Source: Chrysomallon squamiferum (Eukaryota > Animalia > Mollusca). Taken from it: a stretch of 64,000 nt of DNA. Below the pieces are notes generated by a model, which was not told the origin of the DNA, made no database searches, and worked only from the letters and a program-made list of their open reading frames with translations. Position 1 is the first letter of the stretch. The number at the start of each line of letters is the position of its first letter. Of this stretch, positions 53,664-64,000 are shown one piece after another. Position numbers and translations under genes: made by a program. The stretch spans positions 26,784,001-26,848,000 of the forward strand of contig CM022670.1 in NCBI GenBank assembly GCA_012295275.1, written 5' to 3'.

Positions 53664-54667
53664 TATGGATAACAACATAAATGTATTACACATATACTTT
53701 TTGAATTTATAGCCACAAGTTTTATTTCTAAATTTCATTCCTTATATTTAGCTATTTCTGGTGTTTTGATGGGTCTGGTGTGTGTAATGTTCTTTGATTA
53801 TGATGCAGTCACTGAACACGGATTCTTTTATGGCTACAACACTTTAACATGGTTGGTGATAGTTCAACAGGTAATCACATTATACTTTTTTCTTTTTCTT
53901 TTTTATTTTGGTACTTGGAGTAAAGAAAACAGTGTGAATTGAAATTCAGTGAAATAAAACAGAGAGAGAGAGAGAGAGGTGTGTGTGTGTATATATATAT
54001 ATATATTATGTGGTGGACTGACATGTTTTTTAATATTTCAAAATTTATTTTATTATTATTTTTGTTTTTCAGGCAGCAATTGGATTGGTTGTTTCCCTTG
54101 TTATAAAATATGCAGATAATATTTTAAAAGGATTTGCTTCAGCTATATCAATATTATTTTCCACCTTAGTATCAGTATTAGTTTTAGGCGATTTAACACC
54201 TACAAGGTAAGTCTAAAAACATTACACTTGGTATTCTCTGAAAAATATGTAATTCAGTAATAAAAAATATTAGAGTAGCACTGGAATATCGGGGTGGGAA
54301 ATATATATATAAAAAAAAAACAATTATAGATTTTCCATGACTGTTTTACTAGTAACAAACTTCTAACCTGTAACAAAAAAATAAATAATTAAAATATAGG
54401 CCTATAATATAACAATAATAATATTATGTCTGAATATAGCCCATTACAAAAGAATGAAAGAAAAAATATTATAATCTCTATAGCTATATATGATACTGAA
54501 ATGCATTTATTTATTCTTTTATTAAGATTTTATAATAATTAATTTATTTCTTTGTCTTTCTTTTCAGTTTGTTTTTCATAGGGTCATTTCTAGTTGTCAG
54601 TGCAACTTTCCTGTACAGTGTAGATTACACATCTAGTAAACAGAATGGTGTCACTTCCTCAGTCTGA
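50597..54667 (+). CDS. SLC35A3: Golgi nucleotide-sugar transporter, UDP-N-acetylglucosamine transporter SLC35A3-like; join(50597..50784,51370..51508,52827..52949,53191..53395,53752..53870,54073..54206,54568..54667), 335 aa
   Basis: Seven GT-AG exons with consistent phases total 1008 nt. Motifs include [69 protein letters not shown] and [22 protein letters not shown] favours A3 over A2. Confidence 0.93.
51370..51508 (+). CDS. SLC35A3: SLC35A3-like coding exon 2
   Basis: SLRIAR...[32 protein letters not shown]; acceptor ttttag, donor CAG|GTTGGT. Confidence 0.93.
52827..52949 (+). CDS. SLC35A3: SLC35A3-like coding exon 3
   Basis: [41 protein letters not shown]; 123 nt; donor GTAAGA. Confidence 0.95.
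53191..53395 (+). CDS. SLC35A3: SLC35A3-like coding exon 4
   Basis: IPKSKEEC...[27 protein letters not shown]; phase 0/1. Confidence 0.93.
53752..53870 (+). CDS. SLC35A3: SLC35A3-like coding exon 5
   Basis: ISGVLMGL...[18 protein letters not shown]; 119 nt; donor GTAATC. Confidence 0.93.
54073..54206 (+). CDS. SLC35A3: SLC35A3-like coding exon 6
   Basis: [34 protein letters not shown]...; 134 nt; donor AG|GTAAGT. Confidence 0.95.
54568..54667 (+). CDS. SLC35A3: SLC35A3-like final coding exon
   Basis: [32 protein letters not shown]; strong polypyrimidine acceptor. Confidence 0.92.
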
Positions 54668-57600
54668 TGTCAACCAGTTCATATTACTTGTATCAACCTA
54701 CCAGTCATTACCTACAGAGAAATAATCTACATGAATCATTCACTGTTGAAAATGTCACGAGAATGAAGAAATTTTGAAGATGAAAGGAGTTTTGAATTAA
54801 ATAAATAAAAAATAAAAAGATGAATGTAACATTGACCAGGATTCAGTAAAAAGAAGATATTTGTTTATCCAAAATAAAAGTTGTTGTGATGAAATTAATG
54901 AAAAGGAAGCTGCTGGTTTAATATTAAAATGCTGTTGATGTAAAACAAAACCAAAGCATTTCTGTGAGAGTGGGGTTCAGTGAATTTATTAAATGAGATC
55001 TAACATCAAATTACTGTTCTGGTATTGTGTATTTCAGATCAGTTAATTGAAAATACCAAAGATAATACAAACCACATCTCAGAGAGATAACACTATTCTA
55101 TTTTATGGACAATTTTGCTAATTACACACTCCAACTATTTATAATGTGACAGTAACTTTTAAAATCAGTTACAAAATTAATTACATTAATTTTATTTTTT
55201 CTTGCTCCACATTTTTATACACACAGCAGACAACCAGAATTACTTTTACAGTATTCAGCATCTTAAGAACATTTAGATATATGTGCCTTATTAAAAGTCA
55301 GTTCACTTGGATTGACTTTTTAAAAAGTTTATTCAGACATCATGGTGTCATGTAAACAAGAATATTCATTGTCCTGTTAAGGTTTTTGATGAGCACCTCT
55401 TAGACAAAGTGAATATGTTTGAATTAGTTTTTAATGTTCGTTAACAAATTAGGTTGTCCTGAAGATATACTATTCATTGCCCTGAGCTACTTTTAAGTGT
55501 GAATGTTGTTCTGTTTTTATTTTTTATTATTATTTTTTATTTATACAATGACCCAGTTTGAACGTAGTAAAGCATGAGAAGTGAAGACAAGGAGGTTGCT
55601 TTTAAGTCTTTCACATTTGTATTTCAGTTCTGCAGTGACTAATAGTATGGCAGCAGTTTTGTTTGTAGGATCAGATCCACTCACAGTATTTAAAAAATGG
55701 TTGCTAATTTAAACAGCTGATGCACAGTGTATTGATAATTAGTTATCTAATGAAGTGCTTTTAATAAAATCACTGTTGCTATTGACAACAGTGACAGAGG
55801 CTTGCATTAGTAATAAAATCTGTACAGACATTAGAAACTTTGTCAGAATAATTTTTAAAGTGTTTGAAAAGAAAAAAAAAACAAATTGATAATTTCAACA
55901 CTGTTGCATGCTAAGTTTTTGTTATTTCAAAGAAAGATAAACTATGATAGAATAAAAAATTATATATTTTTTGTTTGTTCTCTCTGTTTTCCATACAACT
56001 GAATCATATTAGTCACAAAACAGGATAGTTTGAAAGCACTAAAGACTTGCATAGATTTGTTTATCATAAAAATAAAATGCATAACACCACATAAATATCT
56101 TTTTTAAATTAAAACAGAAAAACTTAATTGCATTTAACTGAAAAACCCATGAACAACTTTGTATGACTTTTAAAATATTTTAATATTTAATAATTTCAAC
56201 ATCAGTGTACATTAAAAAAAAGAAAGAAAAAATATATAAATAAGATCATTTTCTGTGTATGCCATGCCAGTTCTTAGCATGAGATACAGAAGCCCTGGCA
56301 AGTTTTGTAAGGTAAAACACTAACAATATACTTCAATTATCAACAATTTATATATATTTATAATTATGATTTTACTGAACTTTTTAATTTGTGGTGTCTA
56401 ACAGATGCTGGTATTTTTCTTAAACACACATACACACATGCACATATAAACACAAACACGCACACAATTATACATTTTCCCCAAATTACTCTTAAAGTTT
56501 ACAGTATATGGTACTAGAGGCATTCAGAAAAGTATAGTTGCTATCAACATGTTGAATGTAGCTTACACATCAAATCAGTTTCATCATCATCATAATAATA
56601 ATAGTAATAAAAACATTAAAATGCAAAAAGTTAACATAAATAACTAAATATATTATTTTGGTTATAATTTAAAGTTTTTTTTTTTTTAATTTCTTAATTT
56701 AGGAGAGAAGAGTGGAGACTGGTGAAATGTTAATCAGTTGAAGTTTTTTTTTTAATGCTTTCAATTTTACATTTTAAATCAATTCATGATTTGATGTTTT
56801 TAAAGAATATTCTTACTTCTTTCTTAAACTGAGTAAACAGAAAACTAATAATCAAGAACATGATAAATACAGACATGACATTTGTGAGATAGGAAGTTTA
56901 CAATGCAGTTTTATAATGTCATCATCAGAAAACATCATTCTGTAATTTTAAAATGAAAAGCATATAAAAGTTAATGTTAAAAATGTTTAAATGTCAGGGT
57001 TAATAGTGAAAAGAGGATTCAGATAAATATATCCTCATCAATTTACAATCCCTTCATTTTGTACAAGTTCATAAATAGTCTTTTGGAAAATAATTTACTT
57101 GTTAATTATGACAAACAAAAAATGAATGAATATATCATTGGCAATGTTGTTAGGGCAGTGGGATTTTTTTTTTTTTTTTTTTTTTTAAAGTAAAAAATAT
57201 TATTAGCAAATTTGGAAGCATATAAAAAGTTAACTAGGCTGTCTGCACTAGTTCAGAATTTTTTTTTATCTCTTTGCTTTTGAGGTGGGCAATGGCATTT
57301 ACCAGCACAAATGTGAACTGTGGTCAAAGTGTATTATGGTGAAACACTGCAGTGAACTGATGAAAATGTAACACATTGGAGATTCTGCTATAATATAGTC
57401 AATATTATAGGTACTGAGGAAATCAAAAATTGTAGTGGTCACTATAATTTGTATACATGCAGAATACTAACATCTCTGAAATATTATAAAATATTTAAAA
57501 TACCATACATCAGAAACATTAAAATAAAAATATAAATATTTTTAAAATGTAAAACAAATTCTGTACACAGACATGGATTTAGAAAATGTTTTACACTGAC

Positions 57601-59743
57601 CATAAAAATATTTATAAAGGATAAGAAATAACATTATGCTAACTTAAATGAAAACAAATCATCCAATCTAAAACAAAATTTAATTTCATTATTTCCCTTC
57701 AGTTTGTACAAAAACAAAGAACAGAAAAAAGAAAATAACATAAAAAGTGAGCAATATATTTATCCAGTTAAGACCTGAAAGTTTTTAATGAAATGAAACA
57801 ATTTACGTGTTTAATATATTAATTCTTTATATCTTAAAACATCTGCACAATTAATATGATTTGTTTGTATGCAACATACATTAATGTACAAACTACACAG
57901 TGCTGTCGAAAAATAATATGAAAAAAAATATACAAAAAATACACTACATAGTGCTTTTGAAAATACACATTTTGAAAATAATATGCAAATCATACTAAGA
58001 ATATTTCATTTCCATAAATGTCTAACACAAAAATATAATCAGATTCATGTTTACAGAGACAACTGGTTTATTTATCTTACATGATACATAATGCAGTACA
58101 CAATACTTTTAATGTTATTATAACATTTATAGAATGTAATGTAGATGGTCATGTAAATATGAAAAAAGTTTATGAAACAAAAAGAGGATTTTCTTCTCAT
58201 TTTTTTGTAAAACACTTTTAAACAAAATAAGAATTTATGGAATTAAATAAGTAAATAGTTCAAAATGAAAATAAAATATAGTAAAAAACAATGTCACAAC
58301 ACACAATACAAATAAAAAAATAATTTTTCTTAAAGTGGAATTCTGTAATGCAAGCGTTCATTACATCTAAAAACAAGCATATATTTCTTTTTATCATATT
58401 AGCGTTATCTTATCATTTTATTTATTCTTCTGTGCATCTTATTGCATTGTTGTATATAAAACTGTATAAAAGTACAAATATCAGTGGATTTTTTATCTTT
58501 CAAAATGTTCACTTTCTATTTTAAAGAAACTAATATTCTATTTTTTAAACTTTTTAAATACTACAAAGAGGTGATCCTCGAAACAAAGAACTTCATTATG
58601 TTTATGAGTTCCTGTTAAAAAAATAATTAGGACCAGTGCAATACATTAATGTAATAATCAGTGCAAATAAACAAAAGCTAGAAATTTAAATAAATAAATA
58701 ATGAACTCAGCTGTTAATAATGCCAATTCTAAGATATTGAATTTCCTTATTAATATTATTCTAAGTTGAGAAAATTGATCAGTTTTATATGATAAATATC
58801 ATTTATTTAAATTTTCATATAAAATAGAAAATAAATTGGTTTCTTTAGTATTTTCAGTTTTACTCCAATTCAGTAGCATTATATAACTGTTTTTGTTCTC
58901 TACACGTTTTTCATTTCCTTAAAACAGCAATGAAAAACCTTAAAAATAAATATTGAGATAAGTGTCAAAACATAATATTAAAGTTGTAAATAAAGCTTTA
59001 AAATTAAAAAAACAATTTAAAAATATATATATTTGGTCATGTCTTGTACACTATTATATTTTAAACATTTGTAATGAAAGCAGTGATACCAGTTTCTGAG
59101 AAAAAAAACAAAAAAAACAAAACCCACTATTGATCAACAAAGAGAGAATGTTTACATCACAGAAATCATTCAAGTCATCAAACTGTGCTGCATTTCTTGA
59201 ACACAACACTTTACATTCAAGGCAACACATTCTAAATTTGTTAACAGTCAGTGAACACTAACAGCACACATGGCTATGAAAACCTGAAACAAACGATAAT
59301 AATAAAAATATTACATAAATTCATAAAGCATAAATATAATTTTTTAATTATAAGCATAAATATTACCAAAAAAAAAAAAAAAAAAAAAAGTTATAGAATT
59401 ACTTAAACTAAATATACAAATTTATTACAGAATTACAAGTTAATATTGTTTTTACTTTTATGTACAATGGTTACAGATACAGAAATAATATTATTATATG
59501 CAATTTCCACTGATATTTTAAAGCAGATAAATAAGAAAATGCTTTGTAAAATTTTATTTCTCAAACTAATGCAGTTAATAATTTCAAAGATTAATTTTTA
59601 GAAATAAAGTTTTGCCAAAAAAAGAAAAAGTAAAAAAAAAAAAAGAAAGGAAGAAAAGGAGGATTAAAACACAAAGTATCAAAACTGTACAAAAATACAA
59701 AGTATAAAAAAATAAAATATAATGGTAGAAAAAAACCTGTGAC

Positions 59744-59840
59744 TTACATTGCCAGAATTTTCTTAAAATTAGCACTGAGGATGCCGACAACCTTGTTGAT
59801 GTCCTCCTCTGTCAACATGCTATTTACAGAAATCCTAATG
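59744..59840 (-). CDS. SPTLC1: SPTLC1 final coding exon
   Basis: [32 protein letters not shown]. Confidence 0.92.
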
Positions 59841-62800
59841 CTAAAATAAAATTGTTACTTTCATTTTATATTTCAATCATTTTACATTCAACAATTTTTC
59901 AAAGCAAGAGCATTAGCTATATTAAAGCATTTCTACACAAATAAACAGTAAAACCAAATTAAAGTTTACAATATTTTTATAGTATTAACCAGTATCGTCA
60001 TGATGAAACAATAAAAGACTATAAAAAAATAATTTCAAATATTAAATATAAATTTGTTATTTTGTGACAAAATGGCTAGGAAATGTATGGTATACATAAC
60101 AACAGATTCATGTTAATGTGAAACTGTAAATTAGTATTATTATTACTATTATATAGACATAACAACTCAAAAGGTAAATTATATGTTAGGATTAGCAAAA
60201 CATCAATTACAAACACCTGAATCTATCTTTAACGTAAATGTACAATTTTACCTAGGCTGTGGAAGCATGTGTTCTTCATTGTCAAGATATCTAGCCAGTG
60301 TTACTGCCACACCTTCATTCATTGTCTGCAATTAAATTAAAATAGAAACAATATTAAGTCAATATTAATACTCTGGAAGGTACCACAGAGACAGAACTAA
60401 TTTCAAATTCTGATTTTATTATAAAAAGTAAAAAATAAAAATAAAATAAAAATTTATCAAGAGTATAGCACAGTCGAAGAGGAGACAATCCTGTAGAATT
60501 TTTTTTTACCTATATAAGTTACAATTTCAGTTATTATTTTTTTTTTATATACTTTGCATATAAAAGTTTATACTAATATGTGACTAGAAATGGCATTCAC
60601 TTTTCAATGAAATGCTTTTTAATTTGTTTTAAGATTCTGACTGATTTTTAGCATAGCTCGTATTTAGTTATTTTTTTAATAATTATGTCTTGCCTCATCA
60701 ACCACCATCTGTAGAGTTCTCATGTCAATGTCTCTGGTATCAGTTGGTTCTGTAAGTCGCAGATGTTTGATTGGCGATTCTGGCACACCCACTACCTGTA
60801 CATTCTCAATCCTGTATTAAAGAAGCAAATTTCTTTTTTCAAAATTTGATCTCATAAGGAGATGAAAGGCAGAAATTTTTAGCAGAGGTAAAGCAGATGT
60901 GGTATTTTTTTATATGCATTTTATTAACATTATTTTTATTTATTTACTTCTCTTTCTTTTATATTTTTTTTTACCAAGCTAACCTATCAGTAACTTTTGA
61001 TATTCAGATAGGAAAAACAGTAGCAAGATGTGTTTTTTTAAAAACTATATAAAATGTTAAAACAAAATGAATGATTTTTAAAATGCGAAATGCCAGACTT
61101 TATCTGTTTTTTAAACATGCAGTAGAACATAATTTGTATTTATATTTGTTTTATCTATATTACAAAAGAAATGCAATGATGAATCCATATAAACAAGCAA
61201 ATGCAAGAAAAATAAAGTTGAACAAATACTCACTTTGAAAGACCTTCATGCATCAGTTCGCAGTTTTCTCTCAGTTTGGCCAATACACCTTAAAATGTAA
61301 CAATTCATGAATAAATAAAGCAAAATGATGTTAGCATTTATAAATCTGACAAAAATAAATAAATAAATAATATAAACTGCTTAATCCATCAACAGCTAAA
61401 TTTAAAATACGTATTTATTAATTGGCAAAAAAAAAAAAAAAAAAAAAGAAAATCACTATATTATTTATTAGTCAAAACTATATCTTTAAACTCAGCAATT
61501 AATTACCAATCTGGACCATAAAGTAATATCTGCATCTAGGAACTAATTTTATGTGCGGTATTTTCTTTAGTAGATTAAACATACGGACATACTTGGATTG
61601 TTTTCAATAATGTCCAGAGCCTGGGCTGCTGCTGAAGCCAACATCGGAGGAAGAGAAGCAGAGAAACAATATCCCAGTCCCGACAGTCTCTGCAATAAAA
61701 TAACATCATCACATGTTAAAAAACTATTTATTTATTCTCTACAGCTCTAGTAAATATTTCCAAACAAGGAAACATACATACATATATCTGTTCAAGTGTG
61801 CACATACAGACACCACACACAAAGACAAAGGAACACAAATATTAAAAAATATCCCTTAACATTATTGAAAACCCAGTTCAAAAGAACACAAACTTTACAA
61901 AAGATATGTGAAATATTTTTTTTTTATCAAAAATAATTAATATTATGCATGAAACACCAACCAGCTGCTAATAAAAATGTGAAATTTGTAACAGTCTCTA
62001 AATGTGAATTGAAAAAACTTACTTGATGGTCAATGACATATTTCTTTCCACAGCCAAATCCACCACATGATGCTATAGAATTTTCAAGATTTGCTGTCAC
62101 CAAATCAATTTCATCAATCTGAAATTTAATTTACATAGCATAAATATTAAAAAGGAAATATGAACAATTTCATTAATGGAGAATAGATTCTATGGCAAAA
62201 TAATATCCTCTTTTGAGTAACTTTCGTCACTGCAGAGTTCATGGTTTTTACTTTCCTATGCTTATAGTGACTACTTTAATGGTTGAAACTAAACAAAAAA
62301 GGTAACTGAATGTTTGGTGTATTGTAACTTGTTTTTATCGGTCTATTGCAATACCTGAGAACTGCCTTTTACTTCTAACACAGAAACTTTAATTTCTTAT
62401 TCCATTTAACGTGGATTTAAAAAAAAAAAAACACAAAAATCTTTAAAAATACAAATACTACAAATGGTTTTTCCAATAGTAACTTTTCTCACTGTTGAAA
62501 TGTGTAGGTGTGGCAGTCCAAATGAATGGTCTTAAAAAGTTCTGTATAGCTTAACACTATTGCCATAACGGTTTGGTGCAATCTTTTCATAGTTTAGAAT
62601 AAAGTATTACGATAAAATAATACTGTCACAAAATATCAGAATGCTGCCATTTCCCACTTCATTTTGTGCAGAGTGATAATGGTATTTTTTCCTGTACACA
62701 ATGATATCATGACTATATAAAAATGGTAGTGTCTACATATTTTTTAACAAAGATAGGACAGCAAGAAAAAAAAGAAAACAGAACTTCAAGGAATTCAAAA

Positions 62801-63932
62801 TGTATTAGACAATTTCTTTTTATCACCAAACATATACTTTAATAAACTCATGTACAATATTTTACCTGGTAATCTACTGTTCAGTTGCTTATATTTTATA
62901 GAACTAAAAAAAAGAAAACTTACAGAAATTCCATAGTGCTCTGTCACACCTCTGCCTGTCTTGCCTAGCACAGCAAATGATAAACTTTCTTCTATGAAAA
63001 TCCTCACTTTGTATTTCCATTTGAGCTCCACCTAAACATAAAAGTAATAAATTAAAATAATTTTCCTAGAGAAATATTTGCTCCTTAGTTCATGAATCTC
63101 TATTTCATTTAATATAAAACAGTATTAAATTTTTACACTGACTTTCTTATTTATCTATCAAGGTTTTTTTAATTTTTTTTAATTTAAAAATTATTAATAA
63201 ACAATGATAAATGGTTCACCAAAACTGTTAAAAAAAATCTCTTGCTAGACTCCTTTAACAGCTGTGATGATCAAGTAATAACAACTTACTAATCGAGGAA
63301 GAGGAACAATATCTCCATAGTTCATCGATAGACCTTCTACAACAATAAACTTTCTTGTTACTTTAGCTTTCTTAGGATTCTGAAAAAATATTAAAAAATT
63401 AAAATCATTATAGCACAAATAAAATAAGTACTGTACTCACAAGAGAGGTCAAGTTAAACGAAATAATTAAAAAACAATATTAATAATAATCCAGAAAGAA
63501 AAAAAATTCAAGTTTAAAATGCATCTTTAAATGCCAGACAATTTAGTTAACTAACATATGGCAGTGCAATCTTTGTTTTACTTATCTGATTCACTGTATA
63601 TTAATAACAATAGATTGACAGTCCACTATTAAATGTTACATGTAATGGTCTTGATTTCTATAATGCTTCATAAATGTCCATTTTGCATCAATCCAATTAC
63701 TACACAAATAAATGCCGATCAAACTGCAGGTCATTTAATACGTATTTGAAGGTGACTTCCAATTTATATTTTGTATAAGTGGCAGATAAATTAATGCTTA
63801 ACCTTTTTATCCTTTTCTGCTTGTATTTTCAACACTCTCTCCAAATCATCCATGTCATTATGCTTGAAATAGATAACTGTGCTGCGGCTAGCGACAACAC
63901 CTTTCTGTACAGAAAAACATGCACCTTCATCA
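59744..63932 (-). CDS. SPTLC1: Serine palmitoyltransferase subunit 1 (LCB1); 3' part, nine exons; 5' exons lie beyond the right edge
   Basis: Exons 63932-63803, 63379-63290, 63031-62924, 62118-62023, 61689-61593, 61288-61234, 60811-60694, 60325-60252 and 59840-59744 splice in frame. Motifs include [39 protein letters not shown] and [22 protein letters not shown] has Asn where the PLP-binding Lys would be, which is typical of LCB1. Confidence 0.96.
60252..60325 (-). CDS. SPTLC1: SPTLC1 exon
   Basis: [24 protein letters not shown]. Confidence 0.92.
60694..60811 (-). CDS. SPTLC1: SPTLC1 exon ending in a GC donor
   Basis: [19 protein letters not shown]...LQMVVDE followed by GCAAGA. Confidence 0.87.
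61234..61288 (-). CDS. SPTLC1: SPTLC1 exon
   Basis: [18 protein letters not shown]; 55 nt, phase 1/2; AAG acceptor, GTGAGT donor. Confidence 0.85.
61593..61689 (-). CDS. SPTLC1: SPTLC1 exon
   Basis: [32 protein letters not shown]. Confidence 0.95.
62023..62118 (-). CDS. SPTLC1: SPTLC1 exon
   Basis: [32 protein letters not shown]. Confidence 0.95.
62924..63031 (-). CDS. SPTLC1: SPTLC1 exon
   Basis: [36 protein letters not shown]. Confidence 0.95.
63290..63379 (-). CDS. SPTLC1: SPTLC1 exon
   Basis: [30 protein letters not shown]. Confidence 0.94.
63803..63932 (-). CDS. SPTLC1: SPTLC1 exon
   Basis: [43 protein letters not shown]. Confidence 0.93.
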
Positions 63933-64000
63933 CTGAAACAAAACATTTAAACACTGTAAAAACTAAGGTTTAATAACCACCAACATTCTTCTGTAATATT

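Overview
This is AT-rich, microsatellite-rich, intron-containing animal DNA. A mosaic CpG pattern suggests an invertebrate (inference). Three spliced protein-coding genes can be read by hand. (1) The 5' part of a Polo-like kinase of the PLK2/PLK3 type lies on the minus strand, with coding exons 33994-33767 and 7696-7589 separated by a ~26 kb intron; the rest of the gene runs off the left edge. (2) A complete 7-coding-exon SLC35A3-like nucleotide-sugar transporter lies on the plus strand (50597-54667, 335 aa). (3) The last nine exons of SPTLC1 lie on the minus strand (63932-59744) and include a GC-AG intron. Most ORFs in the supplied track are noise from repeats. The most interesting unexplained signal sits between PLK and SLC35A3: two convergent, ~90% identical ~140-nt GC-rich units (40210-40347 +, 43118-42977 -). 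Each has a TATA box at -29, a shared PSE-position 12-mer, further shared distal blocks, an oligo-T terminator, paired 5'/3' ends and structure-preserving substitutions. They look like U6-type Pol III ncRNA genes with a Y-RNA-like fold and no obvious family identity. Also seen: a third structured candidate near 45 kb, a double-CArG serum-response-like element upstream of PLK, a hAT-type MITE with a perfect 8-bp TSD, and a sharp drop in CpG near 53.3 kb.
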